A DNA stretch of 39,653 bases from Aduncisulcus paluster (Eukaryota): positions 1-39,653 of the forward strand of contig BQXS01012660.1 of the NCBI GenBank assembly GCA_024181965.1, read 5' to 3'. Positions 10,404-20,253 of the stretch are shown piece by piece. Made by a program: the position numbers and the translations under genes. The notes beneath the pieces were generated by a model that saw only the letters and a program-made list of their open reading frames with translations, was not told where the DNA came from and made no database searches. Numbering within the stretch: position 1 is the stretch's first letter; the number at the start of each line of letters is the position of its first letter.

Positions 10404-11573
10404 TTATTTCTCAAGTTGGACAAGAACAGCCATTCCTTCTCCACCTCCACAGCAAGCAGAAGCAACGCCCATTCCTGATCTCTTCTTCCCCTCTTCAGCC
10501 TGAGCTCGAAGGGAGGAAATGAGGGACAAAACGATTCGAGCTCCAGAACAACCCAATGGATGCCCCAAAGAGACGGCACCTCCATGGATATTCACTATTT
10601 TAGAATCAATTCCAGTGTGCTTGCAAAAGATTAAAGGGGCGATGGCGAATGCTTCATTGATTTCCCAAAGATCAATGTCATCCTGAATGAGATCTTCCTC
10701 CTCCAAAAGTTCTTTTACAGCAGGGATTGGGGCCTGAATATACCGGGAGGGATGGACACCAACCTCAGTAAAACTACGGAGGGTGGCAATTGGAGATAGA
10801 CCACGCTTGATACACACAGAGCGTGAGGCAATAACAAAAGAACATGCTCCATCAGCAAGTGTACTCGCATTGGCGGCCGTAATTGTCCCAACTTCCCGGC
10901 GAAATACCGGTTTAAGTTGACGCATCTTGACTGGATCATATCTCAATGGTTCCTCATCATAATCAACAACCGTATCGGTATCAGGAATCGAAATTGGAAC
11001 AATTTCATATTTTTTATGCAGTTCATGAGCTCCAATTGATCGTTTATAACTCAAGTCAGCATAATCATCTTGCTCTTTCCTAGATATTTCCTCCTTATCA
11101 GCAGTGTTACAAGCAATTATACCCATATGAACTCCAGAAAAGGGACATATAAGCCCATCTTTGACCATTAAATTCACTCCTTTGCTCGTTTTAACAGTAT
11201 TACTCATACTTTCAAAACCACCAGCCACACAAATTACATCTCGCTTACTTTTCTTACTCTTTCGATATATTTCATCCATTGCCATCTGTAAAGCCTTCAT
11301 TCCAGATGCACATACCTTATTGACAGTGCAGCATGAGGCATCAAATGGAATTCCAGCCTTTATCGCAGCTTGACGAGCAGGACACTGGCCAATTCCAGCC
11401 GATATTACATTTCCCATAAAAACATTTGTAATATCTTTTGGACTTAAGGATGATTGGCGAATGGATTCTTTTATAGCGATGGCACCAAGCTCGACACTCT
11501 GAAAAGAGGACAGGGAACCTCTAAACGCTCCAATTGGAGTTCTAATAGCAGAGATTATGCAAATATCGTCCAT
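10404..11573 (-). CDS. Acetyl-CoA C-acetyltransferase (thiolase II)
   Basis: RTPIG, TVNKVCASGMKA (catalytic Cys), AGGFESMS, TAANAS..ADGA, EINEAF, VNIHGGAVSLGHPLGCSG, CCGGGEG. Confidence 0.96.
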   Translation of the reverse strand: MDDICIISAIRTPIGAFRGSLSSFQSVELGAIAIKESIRQSSLSPKDITNVFMGNVISAGIGQCPARQAAIKAGIPFDASCCTVNKVCASGMKALQMAMDEIYRKSKKSKRDVICVAGGFESMSNTVKTSKGVNLMVKDGLICPFSGVHMGIIACNTADKEEISRKEQDDYADLSYKRSIGAHELHKKYEIVPISIPDTDTVVDYDEEPLRYDPVKMRQLKPVFRREVGTITAANASTLADGACSFVIASRSVCIKRGLSPIATLRSFTEVGVHPSRYIQAPIPAVKELLEEEDLIQDDIDLWEINEAFAIAPLIFCKHTGIDSKIVNIHGGAVSLGHPLGCSGARIVLSLISSLRAQAEEGKKRSGMGVASACCGGGEGMAVLVQLEK

Positions 11574-11967
11574 ATTAATTCACAATTATAAATATAATCA
11601 ATAAGAATATACCCAAAATTGTTCCTAGTTTTTCCACTATCTTAAACAAATCATTTAAGCATGATGATATTATGAAATGAGAGTGATTATGAAAAAANNN
11701 NNNNNNNNNNNNNNNNNGGATGATTGGCGAATGGATTCTTTTATAGCGATGGCACCAAGCTCGACACTCTGAAAAGAGGACAGGGAACCTCTAAACGCTC
11801 CAATTGGAGTTCTAATAGCAGAGATTATGCAAATATCGTCCATATTAATTCACAATTATAAATATAATCAATAAGAATATACCCAAAATTGTTCCTAGTT
11901 TTTCCACTATCTTAAACAAATCATTTAAGCATGATGATATTATGAAATGAGAGTGATTATGAAAAAA
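11448..11967. repeat. 250-bp direct repeat flanking a 20-N gap (11698-11717); scaffolding overlap artefact
   Basis: 11448-11697 equals 11718-11967 and duplicates the thiolase 5' end. Confidence 0.9.
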
Positions 11968-12208
11968 TATTTATAAATTTAATTTCATAAAACCTGAATT
12001 TCATCCCAATCAATCCGGGCACAAAAAATATTGAGTTATCTTCAGCATAGCAAATAATATTTCCAATAAAAAGGGCAATAATAAAATGAGAGATATTTTT
12101 AATTCAGAAATTTATGCTTTTGCTCGGAATAATTAATATCACTGATGATTGTTCTGAACATCGTTAAGATGCCGTTCTTTCCTTCTTCTTTGGTTGAAAA
12201 GAAAGATA

Positions 12209-13528
12209 ATGACGGAAGAAACTTTCGGTATAACTCAATCAGATACTTTGAAGAAGAATTTGAACATTATTTTTATCGGACACGTTGATGCCGGGAAAAG
12301 TACTGTATCTGGGCATCTTATGTTTATTACAAAGAGTATTGACCCACGTCTTTTGGATAAATATAAACAAGAAGCCTCTAAGATGGGAAGAGATGGCTGG
12401 GTATATGCCTACGCTATGGATACCAGTAAGGATGAGCGTTCTAAAGGTAAAACAGTGGAAGTTGGTCGTGCCATGTTTGCCACTGAGAACCGCCGTTTCA
12501 CTCTTCTCGATGCCCCCGGTCATAAAGGATATGTTCCCAACATGGTTGTTGGAACCATGCAAGCTGATGTCGGTGTTCTTATTATTTCAGCCAGACGTGG
12601 AGAATTTGAGACTGGATTTGAAAAAGGTGGTCAAAGTCGTGAGCATGCTATCATTGCCAAAACCTGTGGTGTCCGCGCTTTGATCGTTGCCATCAACAAA
12701 ATGGATGATCCTACTGTTGAATGGAGTCAAGAGAGATATGATGAAATTGTGAAAAAGGTATCCCCATTTTTGAAAGGAGTTGGTTTCCCCAAGTCTAGCG
12801 TTAGGTATATCCCCATTTCAGGATGGACTGGAAAAGGTATTGCTGAATCTGTTAGAGCGGATGCCCCTTGGTTTGACAGTGATGAAACACTTATTCACAT
12901 GCTTGATACTATTCCAATGCCTAAGCGTGATGTCAAGGGCCAATTTAGAATGCCCGTTCTTGATAGATTTAGACATATGGGTGTTTGTTGTGTTGGTAAG
13001 GTCGAGAGAGGGTCAGTTGTCCCGGGAGATAAGCTTGCTTTGATGCCCGGAGAATCAATTGGAGAAGTCACTGATGTATTTATTGATGAACAGACTCTTG
13101 AGAAGGGAGAAGCTGGTGATAATCTCTGTCTCCGTTTGAAAGGAATCCCTGAAGAAGAATTAAGGGCTGGAACATGTTTATGTGCTACCGATTCCCTCTG
13201 TCACTTCTCAAAGCAAATTATTTGTCAATTTGTCCTCCTTGAACATCGTTCTTTGATCGCCCCTGGTTATAGGTGCGTTATGCATATTCACACCGCTTCT
13301 GTGGAAGTTACAGTACACCGTATTCTCGCTTTACTCGATAAAAAGACAAAGAAAATCAAAGAAAAGTTGCCCAAGTTCGCTACTCCCGGAAATTCATATG
13401 TCATCTCCCTTGAATTCGATCAACCTCAATGTGTTGAAATGTATAGTGATTTCGAGAGAATGGGTAGATTTTTATTGCGTGATGAGGATAGTACAATTGG
13501 AATTGGTGTTATTACTAAAGTGAAGTAA
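12209..13528 (+). CDS. SUP35: Eukaryotic peptide chain release factor GTP-binding subunit eRF3 (439 aa, no N-terminal extension)
   Basis: IIFIGHVDAGKST, ERSKGKTVEVGRAMF, RRFTLLDAPGHK.YVPNM, ISARRGEFETGFEKGGQSREH, NKMDDPTVEWSQERY, MGRFLLRDE. The GKTVEVGRA and GFEKGGQ motifs point to eRF3 rather than EF-1alpha or HBS1. Confidence 0.93.
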   Translation: MTEETFGITQSDTLKKNLNIIFIGHVDAGKSTVSGHLMFITKSIDPRLLDKYKQEASKMGRDGWVYAYAMDTSKDERSKGKTVEVGRAMFATENRRFTLLDAPGHKGYVPNMVVGTMQADVGVLIISARRGEFETGFEKGGQSREHAIIAKTCGVRALIVAINKMDDPTVEWSQERYDEIVKKVSPFLKGVGFPKSSVRYIPISGWTGKGIAESVRADAPWFDSDETLIHMLDTIPMPKRDVKGQFRMPVLDRFRHMGVCCVGKVERGSVVPGDKLALMPGESIGEVTDVFIDEQTLEKGEAGDNLCLRLKGIPEEELRAGTCLCATDSLCHFSKQIICQFVLLEHRSLIAPGYRCVMHIHTASVEVTVHRILALLDKKTKKIKEKLPKFATPGNSYVISLEFDQPQCVEMYSDFERMGRFLLRDEDSTIGIGVITKVK

Positions 13529-13814
13529 TCATCATGATCATCTAAGTTTTCGTCGTTGGATACATAAAATCTAAAATAAATACTTTTGATAAATCTCCTA
13601 TTACCTATATTTTGNNNNNNNNNNNNNNNNNNNNTGAAATGTATAGTGATTTCGAGAGAATGGGTAGATTTTTATTGCGTGATGAGGATAGTACAATTGG
13701 AATTGGTGTTATTACTAAAGTGAAGTAATCATCATGATCATCTAAGTTTTCGTCGTTGGATACATAAAATCTAAAATAAATACTTTTGATAAATCTCCTA
13801 TTACCTATATTTTG
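13435..13814. repeat. 180-bp direct repeat flanking a 20-N gap (13615-13634); artefact
   Basis: 13435-13614 equals 13635-13814 and duplicates the eRF3 3' end. Confidence 0.9.
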
Positions 13815-14086
13815 TCCATTACCAGACCCAGAAAGTGAGATGATCATGAAAGTAAATTGAAAGTCATCCCAACTTGAAGTACTTTGAAATGAACCCAGTG
13901 ATCCTGGAAAAATTCTTGAAGATAACTTCTAATATCGTCTTTTTACGTTTTTAACAAATTCTCATTGACATCAAGCCAACTTCGTATTTTGGTGCGAATG
14001 AAAACTTTCGATGTCGATTGAGAATTCATACATTTTAGAAAAATGGTATTTTCTGACAATCACACCATTTTTAATAACATTTTATT

Positions 14087-15418
14087 ATGGATAGCACCGC
14101 TACACTAAAAGATATACCATCTCAGTATTCTTCATTGGTTGATGATTCCAAGAGAGAAATGTTTTATGAGTTAGGTTTAAACTCTCTTTTGAAAAAAGAG
14201 TTTGCGTTATTAATTCTTGCAGGAGGATTGGGAACGAGATTAGGTGCTTTTGGCTCAAAAGGTATTGTGAAAATTGGTTTGAAATCAGACTTGTCATTAT
14301 TTGGATTAATGGCTGCAAAAATCAAGGCTCTCCAGACCCATATCATTGGGTCTTCCCCTCCAGATTCATGTAGATCCTTTTCTATCCCCTGGGTTATTCT
14401 CACTTCTTCTCTATCCCATGAAAGTATCATCAACCACTTCAAAACTCAAAAATTTTTTGGTTTAGAGAAACATCAAATTATTTTTATCATGCAAGGCCAA
14501 GAGGTATGTTCAGATTTTGATGGAAATCCAATGAAAATCTCCCCCACCGAACCAAGTATTTCTCCGAATGGAAATGGTGGAGTTTTCGGTGCCATGCGAG
14601 ATTCAGACTTATTTTCTACACTCGAAGAGCGAGGTTTTCCAGATGTTAAGTACTTTCAGTTTATTCCCGTCGACAACATCCTGGTACATCCCTGTTATAT
14701 TGAAGCTGTCGGGATGGCCATTCAAAATGACATAGATTTCGTGAATGTGTGTGTTCAAAGATCCAATCCTTCTGAATCTGTTGGATATTGTGCAATGAGA
14801 AAGATTGAACCTGATTCAGAATTGCATTCAATCAAAAAAGCCCTTGGAATTGGTCCCTCTAAATCCACATCAACCCCTTGTATCGTTGAGTATAGCCATA
14901 TGAGTGAAGCAGATAAAACTAGGGCCAATGTACGATCTTTCCCCTGGGCTAATATATGTATTCATGTGATTTCAAGAAGGTTATTGAACACAATCTTCGA
15001 CTATTCTCGAGCTCACAAACCAGACGGTAAGGATATATTATATGGAGGAGCTTTGTTACCATACCATTCTGCGCGTAAAGCTATTCCTTATTGGGATAAA
15101 AAGGAGAAGAAAATCATCAAACCATCGATTCCTAATGGAATTAAGCGTGAAATGTTTTTGTTTGATATCCTAAATGCTGTTGATATTTCTAGATTTGGAG
15201 TTTATGAAGTTAAACGAGACGATGCATTTGCTCCTTTAAAATCTAAGGAAGACATCAAACCATGTCTGTCTTCTCTTTCATCTTACCATCATTCAGTTGC
15301 TCAAAAGTGCGGAATTCGTTTGAAAGTTGAAGAACAATTCGATCCAGCTTCATTTTATGACCTTAAAGATCTCCAATATCAACGTCGAAGATTCGATTGG
15401 AGATTTGTTATTATTTGA
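14087..15418 (+). CDS. UAP1: UDP-N-acetylglucosamine pyrophosphorylase
   Basis: LLILAGGLGTRLG...KG, IPWVILTS, SPNGNGG, VDNIL, IVEYS, ANICIH, PNGIKREMFLFD, FAPLK. Confidence 0.92.
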   Translation: MDSTATLKDIPSQYSSLVDDSKREMFYELGLNSLLKKEFALLILAGGLGTRLGAFGSKGIVKIGLKSDLSLFGLMAAKIKALQTHIIGSSPPDSCRSFSIPWVILTSSLSHESIINHFKTQKFFGLEKHQIIFIMQGQEVCSDFDGNPMKISPTEPSISPNGNGGVFGAMRDSDLFSTLEERGFPDVKYFQFIPVDNILVHPCYIEAVGMAIQNDIDFVNVCVQRSNPSESVGYCAMRKIEPDSELHSIKKALGIGPSKSTSTPCIVEYSHMSEADKTRANVRSFPWANICIHVISRRLLNTIFDYSRAHKPDGKDILYGGALLPYHSARKAIPYWDKKEKKIIKPSIPNGIKREMFLFDILNAVDISRFGVYEVKRDDAFAPLKSKEDIKPCLSSLSSYHHSVAQKCGIRLKVEEQFDPASFYDLKDLQYQRRRFDWRFVII

Positions 15419-15521
15419 TTATTTTTGTTATTATTTGATTATTTTTGTTATCATTTCGGTGGATAAACGCCTAAAATATGTTCAAAAGGCTGATCCTCAA
15501 TCTAATTTCGTCCTTCATATC

Positions 15522-16127
15522 TATCTTCCCTCATCTTGTATCTAAAAGGTATATATATTAATTCGTATCCAAGAATTTGAGTTTTGATCCTCAAGATCAC
15601 ATCTTTAGTCATATATATGGTATTATTAACTGTTTATTTCCATTTTTTTTTCATTTTCTACGTTTTTCTATTTTAAAACATAATTTTGATTTTCAAATTT
15701 TGCTCATCAGATTCTTCTCATTTTTGATATTTTTCACGTCAATCTGTTCATAGTTTTTTCTATTATTTTCCATGTTATCATTGCTAACCATGATTTTTCA
15801 AGTGGAAATAGTAANNNNNNNNNNNNNNNNNNNNTATCTTCCCTCATCTTGTATCTAAAAGGTATATATATTAATTCGTATCCAAGAATTTGAGTTTTGA
15901 TCCTCAAGATCACATCTTTAGTCATATATATGGTATTATTAACTGTTTATTTCCATTTTTTTTTCATTTTCTACGTTTTTCTATTTTAAAACATAATTTT
16001 GATTTTCAAATTTTGCTCATCAGATTCTTCTCATTTTTGATATTTTTCACGTCAATCTGTTCATAGTTTTTTCTATTATTTTCCATGTTATCATTGCTAA
16101 CCATGATTTTTCAAGTGGAAATAGTAA
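15522..16127. repeat. 293-bp direct repeat flanking a 20-N gap (15815-15834); artefact
   Basis: 15522-15814 equals 15835-16127. Confidence 0.9.
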
Positions 16128-16202
16128 GAATCTCAATCGTTTTGGTGAATAATAAACGACATATTCTTGCCAAGACACAACCAGGGTCACTCTGCACTCT
16201 AT

Positions 16203-19200
16203 TTATAGAGCAAAATCATGAATCCTTCCATCGATAAGACATTCATCAATGGAAGGACATTTCCACCCATCTCCAATCTTTGGAAGGAGGTGTTTGATTG
16301 CTTGAACTTTGGCGCATGCCTGGTGTACACTCAAACGTTTCTCAGGATCAGATTGAGTGAGACCTGTAAATACTTGGTCAAAACACGAGAAAACCCGCCT
16401 GAACTTCCCTTTATCAATTAGTAATAGAGATCTAAAGAGTTGATTCTTGACTAAACATATTGAAATCTTTCCGGCATGAAGAGAATCCAAAGTTTTCGAC
16501 GAGGAATGATCCAAAAATAGAGCAAGAATGGAAATACCAAGGGAATAAGCATCTGTTATCTGTGAACTAGTAGTGCCACGCTGAGTATCAGGAGCCCTGA
16601 AAAAATCCAAGGGAAGTGAATCCGTTAACCCCCTTGAATCTTTACCATCATGAGTTTCATCTGTTGTTGCAAAAGTCTCACATGAAATGGAATCATCAAT
16701 AAAATCCTGAATCTTCACAAAGCCAAGATCAGAAAGAACAATGGTTCCTTTCTTTGAACCAGGATCGAAACGAACAAGGAATGCACCGGGTCTAATATCG
16801 TTATGGACAAGAGTGGGTTTTGCCATGAACACTTCATCCAGACACTCGATCATTCCAACACATAGTGAACAGATTCTGACAGGGTTCACAAGCTCAGTCT
16901 TCTTCGAATCAGAAGAGCAAGAAACACACCAAGTATTGGCAAAAGATCTCACATCACCCCCAATACAGTGTTCCATGATAAATCCAAATGTTCCCTGGTA
17001 TTTTGAGTCGAGAAGATCAAGGATATACAGAGGACGTTGGACTCGGTTTCCACATATAGGATTCATGTAGAGTTCAAAGTGTGATGTGAACACATCTGTG
17101 CATTCCCTAATCACATCCTCTTCTCCAACTTTCAGTATCCTTTTCAAAACGCAAGGATTTGGAATTCCTTTGCAATGTTTCACATCCACAAGGAAAATAT
17201 CTCCAAAGATACCCCTATCAACAACACCTCTGACGGTGATATCAGTCCGTGTTTTAATTATCATTGAAGAAGATGCTCCAGAGTCTTCATGTTCTCGATG
17301 AACAGACACATCTGCATCACTACATTGATCAGACTTATCCTTGGGCCTGAAAGAACGAGTAGGAAACGGGTAAGGGGCTTCATCACCGTTATCCATCTCA
17401 GAGTTATCAGGACTCTCAATGAGTTGAACTTCATCAACTTCTTCGACATCAACTTCCTCAGACTCTTCCCAATCATCCACTTTGTCGGTATTTTCTTCCT
17501 CTTCTTCGTCCTTTCGACCTTTCCCCTTCTTTCTCTCCTCTTCTTCTTCCTCTTCCTCCTCGGGTTCCTCATCCTCCTCCTCGTAATATGAGTCCTCTTC
17601 CTCTTCATATTCTTCCTCTGGATGATCATCGTCAAATTCATCAGCAAATACCCTCGGAGTCCTGGGCCACTTCGGAGAATCACGCACAAAGATCAATGAA
17701 AATAGTCCAATAACTCGATTAAATTGAGGTTTGTCGGGATTAGATGGAATGGCTTCAATGTCACATCGAGTAACGTCGTGAAGACCAATTCGGAAATAGT
17801 ACCAGTGTCCAAACTGAGTCGGTTTCACAAAATTATATTTTTGAAATATTGTCTTACCAGCACTTTTAGTTCGTTCGAAAGTAAATAACAATGTGGAACA
17901 AGGTTTTAACATACTCGGTGACAAATAAGCACCTTTGATAAAGCTTGGACCATGGAAAGGAACAGATATATGGGTAAATTTAGCACATTGGTCACCAGAA
18001 AGGAGCAATTTAGCTTGCGAAGTCGTATCAAAAAGATCAGATTCTCGATTATAAGTGCAATCTTGAGATCTAATTCCATCCATTTTGGGGATAACTATAT
18101 TTGGATCTGTCAGAGATACATTGAGAAAGTCCATATCCCCAACATTCACCTCAGACACATCAAAACAAGACTAAAAATAAGATAAATAAATTAAACAACA
18201 TAATGATCAGATCAAATTCAAATAAAACTTGTACTAAAATAACATACTGTTTTAGCCACGAATAGCTCTCTATCTTTCTTCAAAGTAACTTCTCTGGGTA
18301 GTTTCTTGATAAATATCAATGATTGTACACATGAACTCTTGGTGGTTTCACTGCCCCACATTCCTTTAACTTCTAGCTCAATGGAAACAACCTTGGGCAA
18401 GTTGATATTAAGGAGATACCATTCAAACATACACGCAGGCCTCGATACAAATAAATAACGACGCGAAGAGACTGTTGAATCACCCTGAGTAACAATGCAA
18501 TGAATTTCTTTTGGTCCCCAATCTTTGTCAACACAGATATAGATACCTCGAACACGTGATGGGGCAGTAAAAGGGACAAATATATGCGACAATACAACAC
18601 CATAGCGTTCTCCAAGCATCATTGCCTTTGCTTCTGCCGATTTATCGAAACAGTCCAATTGTTTGCAGACATACGCATTCTTGGATGTAATATTGGGAAC
18701 ATCGAGAGACAGGACGCATGGTTCATCTCGACGGATAGGAACAGAGTCTTTCTGACCCATTTTAATGAACTGAGGGCGTTTGAATGAAGGTTTATCCTGA
18801 GAAATTTCCTAGTATAGTATAGTATAATAATGGAAATATATTCAGAAAATTTAAAACGAATAAGAAATATCAGGAATCACAACATAGATGAAATGAATAA
18901 AAGAATATCGAAACATACACTTGTTGGCATTATTGATTGTGTTCTAGCATCTTCCATGCTCTTGAGGGGCATTGATTCTTCTGATGACAACTCTTGAACA
19001 AATACCATGGAGTTGACAGAAGTGTTCAGACTTGAAGGATTTTCCCACGTCCCCTTTCCATCTATCTCACATAAAACAACATCTACAAGCTTAATTGGAA
19101 CAAAATGCCACTCTAAATCATGAGTGGGCTGTGAAAAGGAAACATTTTTGGGAATGCGGAGTCCACTCAAGAGGACAAAAGAGAATTGCAGTGAGATTGG

Positions 19201-19817
19201 ACCTGAGTCTCTATTGATACAAATATAAACACCCTTTACGCCTGAAAATTCCAAAAAAGGGATAGATAGATGGCAGNNNNNNNNNNNNNNNNNNNNCAGA
19301 CTTGAAGGATTTTCCCACGTCCCCTTTCCATCTATCTCACATAAAACAACATCTACAAGCTTAATTGGAACAAAATGCCACTCTAAATCATGAGTGGGCT
19401 GTGAGAAGGAAACATTTTTGGGAATGCGGAGTCCACTCAAGAGGACAAAAGAGAATTGCAGTGAGATTGGACCTGAGTCTCTATTGATACAAATATAAAC
19501 ACCCTTTACGCCTGAAAATTCCAAAAAAGGGATAGATAGATGGCAGAAGTTAACACAAATGTCAGAAGATAAAATATCACGACCGATAAACTCTTCATCA
19601 TTAGGTATACCCTCAATCTTTCCATGAATATGCGGAATATCCAATTTTAAAATCGATGGGTGTTCACGTGAGAGAGGAAAACATTGATCATCTCCTTCAG
19701 TCACAAATGATGCTTTTATGACCTCACTCTATTCAAAATAGTTAGAAAAAATCGTAAAAACGAAACGAATCATTTTAAAAAACATACAGTATCACATGGT
19801 TCGATTAAGTTGAACAT
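16203..19817 (-). CDS. Multi-domain protein: three DOC/APC10-like modules + acidic linker + divergent (probable pseudo-)protein kinase; 4 exons (19817-19788, 19728-18919, 18808-18248, 18170-16203), ~1032 aa after removing the gap duplication
   Basis: Three phase-0 introns, all GTATGT...TAG (19787-19729 with CTAAC, 18918-18809, 18247-18171), join ORFs 18877..19704, 18218..18760 and 16203..18158 in frame and remove their intron-like tails (VCFDILLF, VCYFSTSF). Kinase motifs: GIFGDI, CVLK, FIMEHC.GG, VHNDIRPGAF, DLG, FRAPD, DAYSLG, DPEKRLS. Confidence 0.85.
19027..19546. repeat. 250-bp direct repeat flanking a 20-N gap (19277-19296), one SNP; artefact or allelic overlap
   Basis: 19027-19276 matches 19297-19546 except A19135/G19405 (synonymous Phe codon). 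Confidence 0.9.
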
Positions 19818-20253
19818 CTATAATTAGAGGATATAACGATGAAAGAAATTAAAGTAATTGATAAATTTTAAGTTAATCGATCTAAAAAAGCCGCTTTCAT
19901 ATGCAATTTTCAGTATTATTAGTTTATATTCACAAGAATAATTGATTATGGCAATGACCATTGAAATAAGAACTAAAAGAGTACTATCTACATATGGACA
20001 GGATTAAATGAGGCAGTAAAACATACAAATCTGCTCAAAAAAAATTTAAGTTGAATAGTTGGCCGAATAAAACCAAAGTGATCTTCCAGACAATCCATTT
20101 CCGATAAATGTATTATATTTTTGCAATAACCACAATTTTAAAGAAATATAAATGGAAACACCATTAATATTTAACCAATAATTACAGAAATACAGAGATA
20201 TTTATTTTCCAATTTCCACCAGTTCGACCATTATCTTCTTTCACGATTTATCT

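Noticed and set aside
12143-12157. TGATGA...CTGA box C/D-like pair upstream of eRF3
   Set aside because: The boxes are only 5 nt apart and I saw no distal D box before the CDS.
13605-13847. ORFs running through N gaps (13605..13847, 15734..15925, 20359..20715, 20678..21049)
   Set aside because: Products of gap-flanking duplications or antisense overlap with real genes.
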